Source of the DNA: Podarcis gaigeae
Taxonomy: Eukaryota
Assembly: GCA_964106915.2 (NCBI GenBank)
Contig: OZ066914.1
DNA length: 64,000 nt
Reading direction: 5' to 3' (one strand)
Part shown: positions 23,257 to 36,045 of the stretch, piece by piece
Numbering within the stretch: the first letter of the stretch is position 1
Layout of the letters: each line of letters opens with the position of its first letter
Program-made: the position numbers and the translations under genes
Notes under the pieces: model-generated
Told to the model about the DNA's origin: nothing
Databases searched by the model: none
Seen by the model: the letters and a program-made list of their open reading frames with translations, nothing else

Positions 23257-25773
23257 GTATGTGTGCGGTGGTGACTTGTCACGGTGTTAATTAGAATGAC
23301 TACGTAGTGAATAAGTTCAGGTTTGTGGGAAAGAGGATATCCATTTATTTATTTATTATCTATTTTTAAAAATGAGTAAATATACAGCTATATCATAAAA
23401 ATATAAGAGATATATCCACTTGAATTATAAATAATATTACTGACAACGATACTGTTGCAGCAAGCAATGAAGGTAAAGTAAAGAAAACCTGATAAAAAAT
23501 TAAAATAAAATATATTCAGTGCTGAAAAATCATGCACAGGACGTTTTACACCCCCCGCCCCCCAAATCTAACAGTGTAAATCATGTTCAACTTTTATTCT
23601 TGGGAGGCCTTTGTGGCTCCCCAGCCATTAGAGGCTAACATCAGAGTAGGGCAATCCTAACCCTGGCCAGGCAGCAGTGAAGCATGGCAGAATTGTGTAT
23701 CTGTATCTGAAGCCCTGCTCTTCATGGTGACTGGGGCAGAAGGGGATAGCAAGAACCCTGCTCTGTGTTACAATAGTTTGGAGCTGCAATAGCAATGAGG
23801 TCTGATACTATTAAGTGGTGACGGTGGGAGCAGCTTAGAATCTCAGGCCAGTTCAGACCCTCCATGCTCCCCCAACATTCCCATTTGGGGGCATGTTCTA
23901 GGCTCATACCAGTGGGAATCCAGCTGGTAAACTTGTGCACACATGCCATTTTGACGGACAGGAAGCTCTGTTCCAGAGGAGTGACACTGGCATCATTCCA
24001 CAGACAGAGGTTGTCGGAGCTGTTTTAGGCTGAGTGGAGGGAAACTTTGGCCACATCCAATCTCCTCTCCCTTCTGCACAGTAAATAAGGAGTTTGGATT
24101 GCAGCCTTAGCATCAGGATGAAGCCTGTTGCCTAAAATTCCAGAACCAATACAAAATAGTCTCTTGGTTTGTTTTGCATTTTCCTCTTTCAAATAATAGC
24201 ACAATAAATAACTAGCCCTGCAGACTTTTGTGACAAAGGTGGGATAGCTTATATGATACATGAGGCAAAATTCATACAGTTTAGTTTTTATCTAAAATGA
24301 GGTGCATAGAAAGTTGGAAATGGGTGCTTGTAAAATTCTTTGGCAGCCTTGAGAAGTTGCCAGTAATGCAATTGTGTGGAAAATCGTCTTTTTACTTTCG
24401 TCTGGGGCAAAAGTTTATTATTTATAGTAAAACCACACATGCACAAAAAAGCCCCATTGTGGTCTTCCTTTCACCTTGCAAACACTATTCCTGGAACTGA
24501 GCTGATAACGTTCACTTCCTCTGCACATAAAGCCTATAAAACAACCTGCTGCCACTAGGAAGTGGCTATTAAATGGGGGGGGGGGAACTATTTTAAGATG
24601 TGCTTGCTGAAATCTGTCAGGGGCTCAATTGTAGCTTAATCTTCTGGCTTCACAGCACAAAAGGAGCCTGTTTACACCATCTGTTATCCTGGGACAACAA
24701 CCCCAGCCATTCCATTGGACTGTTGGAAAGAGAGAGAGAGATGGTTCTGCAGAGCCTCTCCCATTAACTTTGCAGAAAGACCAGCAACTTCAGGCTTCTT
24801 CCTCCTCTTGCAACCTTTGATTTCCAGCTTGTCCGTAGAATAATTCCCTAACTATGAGACAGTGCCTATGTTTTCTTTTTTTCCTTCCTCACTCTCAGTT
24901 ACTTTTCCTTTTGTGTCATGTCTTTTAAATTGAAGGCCTAACTAAGGGCAGAACTGTCTCATCACTGGCATTTGTATCTTGCTGTGGGGTGAAAAGCAGG
25001 ATAAAAATGCTTCAAATAAATAGCATCCCAGAAATCATTCAGCCCTAATACAGTTGCATGTACAAGACATTAGCTGCACCTTGTACTTGTCTGTTCCATC
25101 TCTACATAAGTAAGAACCGGTTAATATTACATATAAATTATGTAGAATACTTGGAAGAAAGAACAATGCACGTGTGATTTTTGGTTCTTACATACTTGCA
25201 GTAGAAGTATAGATTTGGTTGCGTCCTGCCTGTGGTGAAAAACTGTATTTGTATCTTGACCTACTCATCTCAGAGCTTGATCAGTCCTCTGATTTAGACC
25301 TTGATTGTATCCAAAGGAGCCCTAAATATGTTACCTATCTTTTCCTCATGCCCTTCTGGCACTATTTGATCCAAAGTCAATACATTGTGATCTATGCAAG
25401 ATTAGCAATGACTTGACTGAGGGTCAAATTTAGCAACAGGTTAGCTCTTGTGTGCTTGGTTTTTGTTTACAATGTAGTAGCTGTTGCGGGGTGGGGATCT
25501 GGATTGAGACCAGGAAGAAGGGATCTAAATTATTTCCCTTACCCTCAGTCTCTTTCTGGATTGTGGACATTGCAGCTGCTATTTAGTAAACAGGATACAA
25601 GCCCACAAAGACCAGTCGTGTGCTTACTGCAACATCTAGGTTGTCGCTAAATTAATATAAGCAAAGCAAAGTGCTCTGCAGGTTAGGATTGGGTGGGGGA
25701 GAATTTAACAAACAGCATGAAGGGTTCTGGGAAGATTAAAGCCCTGGTTAACTTTCTTTTCCTTACTCCACAG

Positions 25774-25834
25774 CTCTCTCAATGTCATAAAAATGCAAAG
25801 CATGAGTATTCTGCTTTCAGATGCACTAGATAAA
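25774..25834 (+). CDS. DAPL1: DAPL1 coding exon 3 (SSLNVIKMQSMSILLSDALDK)
   Basis: Acceptor ttttccttactccacag|, donor AAA|gtaagt, 61 nt, phase-compatible with both neighbours. Resembles the mammalian DAPL1 middle segment (..LNDALEK). Confidence 0.9.
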
Positions 25835-25944
25835 GTAAGTACACGCAAAGTTGCCTTCAAGATTTCTCATTATTAATTATACATCAATGATTATTTAAAA
25901 AAAAGAAACCTTCAAAAAAATGTAGCAGTCTTCATCTGTTGTCG

Positions 25945-26765
25945 AAAAATCAACCATGAGCCTCGAGACCCTTTAAAGCATGACAGATTTTTTGTGGACT
26001 TGAGCCCACTTCACCAGATGCATGAAGTGTTGTCCTTAATTGGCAGATATATAAAATACATGGGTATAGAGGAAGCAGTGGGACCAAATGGCCATGAAAG
26101 GGAAGTTATACTCTCTTACAATTCTTTGTAAAGCTTAAACATATACATGGTAGGTACAGTGATTATTTGCAAATATGTACTAGCCAGGAATTTGTACTCA
26201 TGAATTACTGCTACTGTGAATGGACACTGTACTTGTGCGCTTGTAACCAAACCATTGTATTTCTAAGCTAAACCATGGGTGAATGTGAACAGGCAAGTAT
26301 GTGGTAAAAAATTCAGCAACGTTTTTCTTTCCTCAGTCTTGCTGCTGAACTTCCCAGAGCTAAGCCATGGTTTGGCTTAGCATTGTATCCAGTCCTGGGT
26401 TCATGGTTTGTCCAGGGAAGACAAACTAGGAGTCTGGGTTTGAACATAGCACTATTCCAGGCTATGGATAGGCTTTGGGGAGTGTGTCAGCAGCAGGGCT
26501 AAAGGAGGAGCAGAGTGGTCATGACTCTTTGTGAGTACCTGTATACTTGTTCACACTTAGATATGGTTTGATGTATCATCATGTGCAAACTGAGCCAATT
26601 GTATTTCGGGCCTAATTGTTCACCATTTTGGGGGGTTTATGCACATGCACACACAATTCCAACTGAGGGTAACTCTTCATGTATCTGATGAAGTCTACTC
26701 TAGTCCCATTAAAGCTTATGCCACAATAAATACGTTGGGTTTTAAAACATCACAAAGCTGCTTGT
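25945..26765. mobile_element. Old Penelope-like remnant with inverted terminal segments (25945-26027 minus, 26675-26765 plus)
   Basis: Both ends carry degenerate cttcatg.atctg.tgaagt.....ctagtcc...aaagcttatgccacaataaa in opposite orientation. Confidence 0.55.
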
Positions 26766-27044
26766 TAGATCTTGAATGGGTGCTGAATGGGGGGAGGGGG
26801 AGAATCAAGGATTGCCCCTTCTACCCATGGCTTCTTTTGTCTGAAACACAGCAAAATGTGGTCTCATCAGATGGAGAGAACTTGCTGAGAAGACAGGACT
26901 GGTAATAATTATGGCACCACTCAAACTGCGCTCTGCACTTGGACCCACCTCATGATGTTTGCTTGCTAAATATGAACAAACTGATCTTTTTTTGTGTGTA
27001 TGGCCATTTGAAGCCTTAGTACATTGCAAGAAGGATTAATTTGT

Positions 27045-27782
27045 ATATAATTTTATTAAGTTTTCCGTTTCTAAAATACTCATTTTACATCCTTAAGATA
27101 TCAGTGGGACGTGGGTGGTGCTGTGGGTTAAACCACAGAGCCTAGGACAGAGCTCCCGTCGCTCGGTCCCTGCTCCTGCCAACCTAGCAGTTCGAAAGCA
27201 CGTCAAAGTGCAAGTAGTTAAATAGGTACCGCTCCGGCGGGAAGGTAAACGGCGTTACTGTGTGCTGCTCTGGTTCACCAGAAGCTGCTTAGTCATGCTG
27301 GCCACATGACCTGGAAGCTGTATGCCGGCTCCCTCGGCCAATAAAGTGAGATGAGCGCCACAACCCCAGAGTCAGTCACGACTGGACCTAATGGTCAGGA
27401 GTCCCTTTACCTTTTTAAGATATCAGTGACTTCCCTCCTTCTCTTTCCATGGTTCATTTTACATATCATAAATCCCTGCATATTTTACAAAAACTATACA
27501 ATTCAGTATTCCATTATTGCATCCATCAAAACTTGTTTACACTGTTGAATTTATCTTTATGCTGCCAGAATTTTCAGCTGCACACAATTATATATATATT
27601 CATTCAATAAACATTTTCCAATCTTCTTTAAATATATGTTCTTGTTCTCTTATTCTATATGTTAAGTCTGCGAGTTGAGCTTATCTTGTCAACTTAAGTT
27701 GTCATTCTTCTTCAGTTGGGATCTCACTCGTTTTCCATTTTGGGACTAACAAAACACAGGCTGCAGTAGTAGCATACATAAA
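27045..27782 (-). mobile_element. L1-type LINE 3' end (host of the 27107 Sauria SINE)
   Basis: Reverse complement encodes a degenerate FMYATTAA..LL..KWK...IPT.EEW...FKEDWKMF ORF2 C-terminus and ends in AATAAA with an A-rich tail. Confidence 0.65.
27107..27414 (+). mobile_element. Sauria SINE with internal deletion of the B-box region
   Basis: Same body. TSD TTAAGATATCAGTG. The segment containing GGTTCGAATCC is missing. Confidence 0.9.
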
Positions 27783-28113
27783 TAGAAGGGTTAAATTGGG
27801 TTTGGGGTTTTGTTTGTTTGTTTTGCTTCAAACAGCAATACATTTTTCATCTAGCTAAGTTCCTTGTGTCTTTTTGACAATTTCTTTTTGACATTTTTTT
27901 TACAAATGAGAAAGTTTAGTACAGCTTGAAGGCTGGTATTTTGACAGTAAGTCTTTTTGCTATGGGGTTGGTCAGTGGCACATGCTCTAGTGATCAGTGT
28001 ACCACATAAATCTATCATTTGCATATGTTTCAGGAAGGATGTGCTGGTTTTAAAGCATTCTTTCAGAAGAAGGAAGAGAGTTTGTAGTGCATCTCTCTAT
28101 CTGCTGTGTAGTC

Positions 28114-28160
<47 letters not shown>
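28114..28160. repeat. (TTTC)n microsatellite in DAPL1 intron 3
   Basis: Direct reading. Confidence 0.95.
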
Positions 28161-28180
<20 letters not shown>

Positions 28181-28417
28181 GGTGACTTTTAAAAACATTG
28201 TTTTCCCACCTGCAGTTTGAAGCACAGCTTGCTCTACTGCCTTACTCCGCTCACCAGACTTGAAATGACTAGAACATTTCTAGGCAGCAGTCTTGCAGTT
28301 CAACAAATGCTGCACAGTTGCTACATATTATTTGCACAGGATCTAGTCACCTTCACTTAGCAATCTTTTCTGGTCATATCACACGTTTCTAAGTGCTCAG
28401 AGAGCAATAGCTTTGCT

Positions 28418-28558
28418 CAGGGCTCCCCCCCCCCCCAGCCGGAACTTGCTGGAACTCAGTTCCGGCACCTCGCAAGTAGGTGCCATTGCCATTATAAGAG
28501 AACAAGGGAGGCATTCATGGTAAGTTCTGGCACCTCTTTTTCTAGAAAAATAGCACTG
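28418..28558. mobile_element. hAT-type MITE (same family as 20023)
   Basis: Shared ggaacttgctggaact.agttccggcacctc core and end agaaaaatagcactg. TSD degenerate. Confidence 0.8.
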
Positions 28559-29040
28559 ACTTTCCTGGGGAAATGTGATTATTTCCCATAAGAAGTTGAA
28601 TCATTTGATCTTGGAGGGCTATCTGAAATGAGTTGTCAGGTATCTTCTTCCTTGCTATTATTATTGTTTGTTTGTTTACCCTAACACTTGTGCTTAGCTA
28701 GAAAATAAAGGGCTTTTAAGGAAGCTGAACCTTGACTGGTCGCAAGTCAAAAGCAAGGTGGGGGGAACCTTTGCCAGTGTTATTATGGTGGGCTTTGCTA
28801 GGCACACACAACAAACAAGTGCATCTCCTTAGAAGTGTGATAGAAGGAGCTAACGCCACTTGCTTTTGGTTTCGGAGCTGGATACCACTTAGTTGGCAGT
28901 GTAGCCAGAGCATAGTAAAAGAATTAGAAAACATTAAGGGTGCTTTTAGATGTGGTGAACGTTGTGTTAGTTTTCCTGATTATAATGCTAGTGGCTCTGT
29001 CCCAATTTCTAATTTTCCTTTCACACTGCAGTACTTATTG

Positions 29041-29307
29041 CAGGGGCACCATATCATGGGGGCCAAGCTATTACTGCCCCCCCCCAATAATTTTTTTGGG
29101 GGGGCAGGTCCCTCCAGTGTTCCAAGAGATCAGGGAGTGGAGGAGGCTGAGTGCAGAGCCAAGCATAGCACAGCTTCTGTGGCTGGCTCCTCCTGCTGCC
29201 GTGGAAAGAGGCCCCAGCTCCATCGCATTGTCGTGCATGTGATGTCATACATGTGTGTTGTGATGCTGCAGGCCCCCCCCCATATGTAGCACAATTTGGC
29301 GCCTCTG
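29041..29307. mobile_element. hAT-type MITE
   Basis: TIR CAGGGGCACCA / TGGCGCCTCTG. Perfect TSD ACTTATTG. Confidence 0.82.
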
Positions 29308-30191
29308 ACTTATTGTCTTATAGAAATGCGGCTTTTTGGCGCATTGATATAATGGTGCATTACATTGAATTTCATTCACACCAGAGGGCATGGTGTGACC
29401 CAACAATGAATGTCATTGGACATCATGATACTCCCCCACACTTTCTGCACATGCGTGCTTCTCTTCCCCCATGAAAATGGCAGGGAAGAACGGCATACTG
29501 GTATGCCACCCCAAATTTTGTCACTTCAAACAGATTTTTTTTCTGGAATCAGATTAATGGATTATATAGTTTTCAGGAAGTCAGGTGGGGAAACATTGGG
29601 GAAACAGAATAAACTGCTGTGTGAATGCATCCTTGGGCTAGCAGCCATCTCCCAGGCTTCCTTTGCTATTGTTGACCTTGGCGCTAGGTCAAGGATGGGA
29701 GGTAGTGTTTATGTGCCTTTTTATCAGGCACTGAAAGGGGAAAACTAGGAGAGAGGGGGGAGGGTAGGCAAAGACCATCACATGTCTGTTCCCCTCATCA
29801 TCTGCTGCTTCCATACCATATGTTATTTAAAGGAACTAAATGTTCTTCATGTGTGGGAAGTTTCTTTGTTTGTTTAGTGTGTGTTTTTTGTTCGGTATCA
29901 AAATTCTGTTTTTCAATCTGTTAGCTTCATAATTCTTCCCACCATCACCACCCGTGTTTTCTCTTAATGGGTCTTTATTTCTTTTATCATTCTGATGATT
30001 AAATTGCAAGGTTTCTGCTGAAATGGTTGTGTTTTATTAATGTTGTAAGACGTTAAAAAAAAAAAAAAGCGGGGGTGTTTGTGCAGAACTAATAAGCCAC
30101 TTCTGCCCGGTTGAATTTTAACGCTGATGGTTTGTAGTCAGGTATTCTTTCGTTCATATTCTTAACCTTTCCCTTTTCTTCAATCTTACAG

Positions 30192-30305
30192 CTCAGGCAT
30201 AAATTTCCAGCCAGAGTCTCACAACATCAAAAGCCGCGGCCCACTCTGGAGAAGATTATACTGCCCAAAAGACTGTGCATTATTCAACAGCCTCGGAAAT
30301 GTTAA
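30192..30305 (+). CDS. DAPL1: DAPL1 coding exon 4 ([37 protein letters not shown])
   Basis: Long pyrimidine tract plus cag| acceptor. HQKP and terminal IIQQPRKC motifs typical of DAPL1. TAA at 30303-30305. Spliced product is 107 aa. Confidence 0.95.
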   Translation, partial: LRHKFPARVSQHQKPRPTLEKIILPKRLCIIQQPRKC

Positions 30306-30425
30306 ACATGTAGAGTAAAATATTCATATATTTGACAGACTTGCTCTTAACATAACAGCACTTAGCTAAGGAAGCAGTAAATGGACCAAATGGCTCCAGC
30401 AATATCTACTTTGTATTTCTCTTGC

Positions 30426-30431
30426 AATAAA
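30426..30431 (+). terminator. DAPL1: Proximal polyadenylation signal of DAPL1
   Basis: AATAAA 120 nt after the stop codon, followed by GT/T-rich sequence. Confidence 0.55.
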
Positions 30432-31460
30432 AACTGTGTATGTTCAGTTTTTCATCCCACCCATGTCTTGAAATTTTGTTTGACTTTTCTTTGTGTTTTT
30501 TGCATAGCTTCTGATTGGCCACAATACCCTTGTTTTAACATTCCCAAACCATCTTATCACAGCAGTTACTGCTTTGAACAGACAAGGAGTTTTTCTCTAG
30601 CCATAACATTGACAAGGTAGTCATGTTATTGCCTCTTTATGCTTTCACACCTCTTTCACACCTGGGAATGTGGACACATTGGAAAAAAGTAGGATTGCTA
30701 AGTCTTCCTAACTTCTGCAGGTCAACTGACTAGAATTTCTGATGAAGCAGATCTTTGCTGGTACAATACATTAATAAGCACCCAGATAAAGTGGGTCATT
30801 TTTACCCATAAAAAATGATGCTAGGGTTCAGTCCTGTTTTGAAAAACCACCCTACCTGCCTCTGAAAGCACATCTTAATACCAGATTTGTGAGGACAACC
30901 TGCGGTTGGATAGCAGTGAAGAAGCACTGGCTTATTAATATATGGTTAAGTCAATTTTGTATTTCTTTTTTTTCCCTGGTGTGTGTTTAAACTTTTCTTG
31001 AGTTGAAGATGTAATGCTACATTTTGGGGGGGGGGGGTTGCTATTGCATTAGCCAACTAGAATGCAGTTTGCTGTCAGTGATGGATAAATACTTATCCAT
31101 CTGGGATGACGCTATGTTTTTTGTTTTCTAGTATTTCAGCAGTGTTAGAAAATAGAAGAGAGACCATTAAGAATTCTGTTCTGTTCAAGGTTAAGTGCTT
31201 GCAAGGTAACTCTTGTTTCCTATACTGTTAAAGCCAATGACTTGTTTTTTACAGACTTTAGGAGCTGAATTTATTCCCAGTAACAGCTACATAGTGCCTT
31301 GTATGGGAGCTGTCTTGTGAGGAACAATTAATTGACATAACCATTGCAGAACCTCCAAGCTATAGAAACATCTACAGGATGAAGAGTTTGGTGTGAATCT
31401 TGGGGTTCTGTGTGACACATCCATCACTGTCGCTTGTCTGTAAATTTAATACTTGCATGC

Positions 31461-31466
31461 AATAAA
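31461..31466 (+). terminator. DAPL1: Distal candidate polyadenylation signal of DAPL1
   Basis: AATAAA followed about 40 nt later by the GT-rich tract ttggtttgttgttct. Confidence 0.45.
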
Positions 31467-32859
31467 GAGCATTTACTTATCTACTTAACTCCTTAGTTTC
31501 TAGACTTGGTTTGTTGTTCTGCTTTCAGTGTTACATGCTACTTAATTTACTAGCAGCCTGCAGCCGACCTGATGTGTGCAAGTTGATAAAAGCGCTCTTC
31601 TGTCTTCAACAAACCTGAAACAGAGGTGACAAAACAAATAGATATGTTTAGGCTTAAGAAAAAGCTGGTTTTCCCTTTTCCCTTTATTGGTGTTTAAACT
31701 GTTGCATAAGCATGTCTGGACCATTATGTTTTCCTGATCCTGACACAACTGGTGATTCTTAAACAAGGGAAGTAAATTATAGGAAAAGCAGGAGCCCTAT
31801 ACAACTTACTACAAGGGGCCTGGTTTGTCATGTATTGTGTCCTACCATGTACATGACAATGGTAAATTTGGTTTAAAACTTAAATTACCAAAGCTGAATG
31901 GCATCCTTCAAGAGTTATTCATAAAATTACTGATCTTCAAACTTGCCCCTAAAATTAGCCTGCAGCCTGCATACCATAGGCTTGGAAAGTGCCAACATAA
32001 TGGTATTTTTAAAAAGGTGGGAATAAAGTATCCTGAAATTTACAGTCCAGTTAGCTTAAAATGCTATTTTTAAATACAGAATTAGCAACCATATGAAATA
32101 ACAGGCCTTGCTGGGGATATAGTGATTTCTACAAGGAAAGGTCTCATCTTCCCAATCTTCTGGAGTTCTAGGGGAACGTCAACAGGTGTGACTTTAAATA
32201 CTTAGCTTCTGAAAAGCTTTTGGCAAAAGTCCCTCACAAAAGAATTAAACTTAACAGTTGCTGGATAAGAAGACGGATCCTGGTACGGATTGCTGTCTGG
32301 TGAAATAAGAAGCAGAAAACGAGCAGTTACAGTAGAAGTAAGTAAGAAGTCTGTTCCTCCAAGCAGATTACAATGAATTCTAGAAGGTTCTCTCCAAACT
32401 GGATGAATGAGCAACAAAATTATGTTTGCTGTAATGAGTCAGTGGGAAGAATTGGGGTGGGAAATCTAACTTCATAAATATGCCAATGGTGTCTGAACTG
32501 ACAGTTACTAACAAACAAAGATATATTGGTGGTGTTGGGATTGGGTAGTACAAAGAAGACAGAAGCATGAATTAGCTGTGAAAACTCCAGGGTGTTTACT
32601 TGCTGATTATCAGGGCCAATAGAGACGAGGCCAGTAGTCTCATGGGCACCTTCCCTTGTCTCAAAAGAATCCGGCAGGAGGCCAGGGAGCTCAGAAAACA
32701 TGCCCATTGGCTGGCCAGGGAATTGATCATTTTAAGAATTGTGCAAGTTAAAAAGGGGATGGAACATAGGAGCAGTGGACTGGAAACCACAGTCCATCTC
32801 TAGCTTCTGTAGAAGCAAGTTGCTTAACTGTTTTGCCCCATGGGCTTCTCTGCAACAGC

Positions 32860-33010
32860 ATAGTACGACACCGGAATATATTGGAAACTGGGCTCTAAGT
32901 GGTGTTACATGATAGTTATCGCTCCAGCTTGCAGAATTCTCCCAGCAACTGCAGTTTTCAAAGTGTTCAAAGGCAGCCCCATGCATTGCAGTAATCTAAC
33001 CACAGATTAA
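32860..33010 (-). mobile_element. Degenerate L2 LINE fragment
   Basis: Reverse complement gives remnants of LDYCNA..GLPL..L.KLQL...HVTPL. Confidence 0.55.
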
Positions 33011-34469
33011 TCAGACTATTGAAGCCAAGTTAGAGGTGTGTCTTGCCTACTAACAAAAGCTAATAAAATGTAAAGTGTAGTTGAAGCCACTTGCTCCTCC
33101 AGAGCTCCTTCAGGTTTGTGGGAACCCCGTCCAGAAGATGAAATGCCCTGCGCAGAACTGGTTGAATATCTAATACTAAACATGCTATACAAAAGCTGCT
33201 GTTGTTATTTTCAATTATTACTTTCCCTTCACCCTAAGGGTCCAGTGTGGGTTACAGCAATTGCAACATTTGGACTAACCACATTTATAGTCCTAACTGT
33301 CTTACTTGGTAATTAGTCAATCAGTAGAATATTACCCTTCTTTAAAGTTTAAGAAAAGCCCTTATATGCTTGTGAAATAGATCATATTTCACATTCTGAA
33401 ATGTGGCTTCTCTATGGCTTGTTGCCAGTTTAATTAAAAACCGTCTAATTAGTAAGTACTGAAGGAAGAGAGGCTGCACTCCACTGAATAACTGAACAGT
33501 ATCTGCATATGAAAGGACAGTGGTATTTACTCACCATATCTAAATATCTAGCCAAACGCTTTTCCCACAACACTTCATAATTGCCACATAGATGTCATAC
33601 GTTCAGCATGTAAATATGTGATGATAATGAGTGACATCTGGACTCAAAATCTTTTGGAATGCATCCCAAGTCTTTGAAAGCGAATATATCAAAACATACT
33701 TCAGTTTAGTTTATCTTTTCTTTTTTCTTCTTTTTTAGCATGGCACCATTAAATTCAAGGGTATCCCAGTTCATTCATTTAAAGCTCTTTTCAGTTTTAA
33801 AACATCTGACCTTTACCAATCCTTTCTTTCTAACAGCCAATAAACAAAGCACCATTATTTGAGGGACAGACTGATCAGATTAGTTATCTTTGCAGTGGTG
33901 GGTTTTTTTTGGTTCTTCAGAATTATTTAAGTACAGTATAGGCTATTGTGGTGGCCATTTTCTGTTATTGCCACCAGAGGGTAGTATATATCTACAATAC
34001 ATACAGTCTCAGACAGCTAAAATTGCCTGCTGGAGATGCTCCCTCCTTTATGCATTCTTTATAATTTGTTGTCAACCCACAAATGAAACAGCTGTTGCTG
34101 CACTCCCAGGTTAGTGTTATAGCAGCAAATAGGAATTGGCAGTGTATAGGGCAGGCCCTTCCCCACCCCCACCACTTCCCTGCCCTTGCGGAACTACATC
34201 AGCTTAAATGCAAGCACCCTAATTTAACTTACTTGACTTCACAGTTTGTACAGGTACAGTGAAATACACAGAATAATTCCTACAATGTCTGCAATAGTTT
34301 AAAATGTGATGCTTATCTTAATTAGGCTGCATACTGAAATGAAAAAAATGGGTTAAGTATAGCCATTAATTAGCAAAGCTTAATTAAATATGATCAGCAA
34401 TCATTGTGATCTGATATATTGTTTGCTTGTTTTGTTTTGTTTTAAAAAATCTATACCAATAAAAACATA

Positions 34470-34802
34470 AGGTAAAGAGTCCAGTCGTGGCCGACTCTGG
34501 GGTTGCGGCGCTCATCTTGCTTTATTGGCCGAAGGAGCCGGAGTACAGCTTCCGGGTCATGTGGCCAGCATGACTAAGCTGCTTCTGGCGAACCAGAGCA
34601 GTGCATGGAAACGCCGTTTACCTTCCTGCCGGAGTGGTACCTATTTATCTACTTGTACTTTGACGTGCTTTCGAACTGCTAGGTTGGCAGGAGCAGGGAC
34701 CGAACAACGGGAGCTCACCCCGTCGCGGGGATTCGAACCGCCAACCTTCTGATCGGCAAGTCCTAGGCTCAGTGGTTTAACCCACAGTGCCACCCCTGTC
34801 CC
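34470..34802 (-). mobile_element. Sauria SINE
   Basis: Reverse-complement match to the other copies. TSD ccaataaaaa(c/t)ata. Confidence 0.9.
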
Positions 34803-34843
34803 AATAAAAATATAGGAAAGTACAAATAATAGAACAATAAAAA

Positions 34844-35020
34844 CAGTGTTTTTTCTTCTAGGGGGATGCAGGGGTACGTATACCCCTAAACATTTTGTGA
34901 CTCTTTGTACTTCTGTCCATTTACTGTATTTATTTTCCCCGATTTGAACTATAAAATGATGATTTTCTTGAGTCAAAATGAAAGTACCCCTAAACATTTT
35001 TTTTAGGAAAAAAAGCACTG
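34844..35020. mobile_element. hAT-type MITE
   Basis: TIR CAGTGTTTTTT / AAAAAGCACTG. TSD AATAAAAA / AATAAAAG. Confidence 0.8.
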
Positions 35021-36045
35021 AATAAAAGTGTGTAAAATATACAACATTAAAAACCCATTTAAAAACGATGGCAGATTTGGAATCTGTATACTGGACTATT
35101 CAGGTTGTAATTCTGATGAGGGGGAATGCTTCAGCACATTAACTTGTATTTTAAAGACACAAGTTGCATTTGAAAATGTGTGCACCCTTCATAAAGGATG
35201 CAGCATGTGCATGTTATATGAAGTATATGTGTCCAAACACAATATGCACAGCCCAGAACAAAGTATGTTCTGAAAAGTGATTTCATCCAGGTCCGAGTTG
35301 GATTTGTTCCTATTGATCCAGCAGGGTTCAAATCTGGGGGAGCTGCCAGAGTGGATGGAAGTGCTAATAATTGAAAGAAGCAAAATGCAGACGTATGAAG
35401 CGAGGATTGGGCCGACGGATCAGAAGCCAGGGATAGGAGAGCAAGAAAAGAAGGTGATGTTGTTTCATTTATGAATTAGTTCCTATGATCTTGTTGGCAT
35501 CAATACAAACAATTTCATCTCTTAATATAGATTCTGACATGGATAAAAATATCCATTTAGAAGACTTGTTCACTAAAGGCTCAATTCTGACATTATGCTG
35601 AAGGGGACCTCCTGATAAGATAAGAAGGCCTTCTCTTGCAAAGCAGAGTGATATAAGGGATGACAATGTGAGAACATAATTGACCTTGATGCATAATTGA
35701 TTTCTGTTGCTCTGGGAATATTGGTAGCTGATTACAACTGGGACCAGTCAGCTTCATAAAGAAGTTGGTTTAAGCCCTTTGGCACTGGTGTCCGAAGGGA
35801 GATATTAGGTGGACCTCTCCCTGTGATGGACTAACCACATGCATGGTAAGCAGAGCTCAACTTTACTACTTGGGAGGGAAAACTCATCCTAAGGAGGTGG
35901 GAAGGATCTGAGAAGGCCGTGTATTGGCCAGTCCTCTGTCTCCACTGTGGTGATGGTAGAGAAATAATTGAAGATCCTGGAGATTGTGTCAGCTCCAGTA
36001 AGTGTTTGATTTTGGTAGCAGAATCTCTGACACATCCCCTGATAG

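Noticed and set aside
23054-23290. 78-aa ORF as a stand-alone gene
   Set aside because: Only 23169-23256 is exonic (DAPL1 exon 2). The rest is intron read-through.
34525-34752. Recurrent similar ORFs (MAEGAGVQLPGHVASMTK..., also 41606 and 55137) suggesting a gene family
   Set aside because: Translations of Sauria SINE copies.
35270-36030. Minus-strand stretch faintly like a LINE endonuclease region (SLISLC..EGLLIL.G)
   Set aside because: Insufficient motif support by eye. Needs tBLASTn/RepeatMasker.
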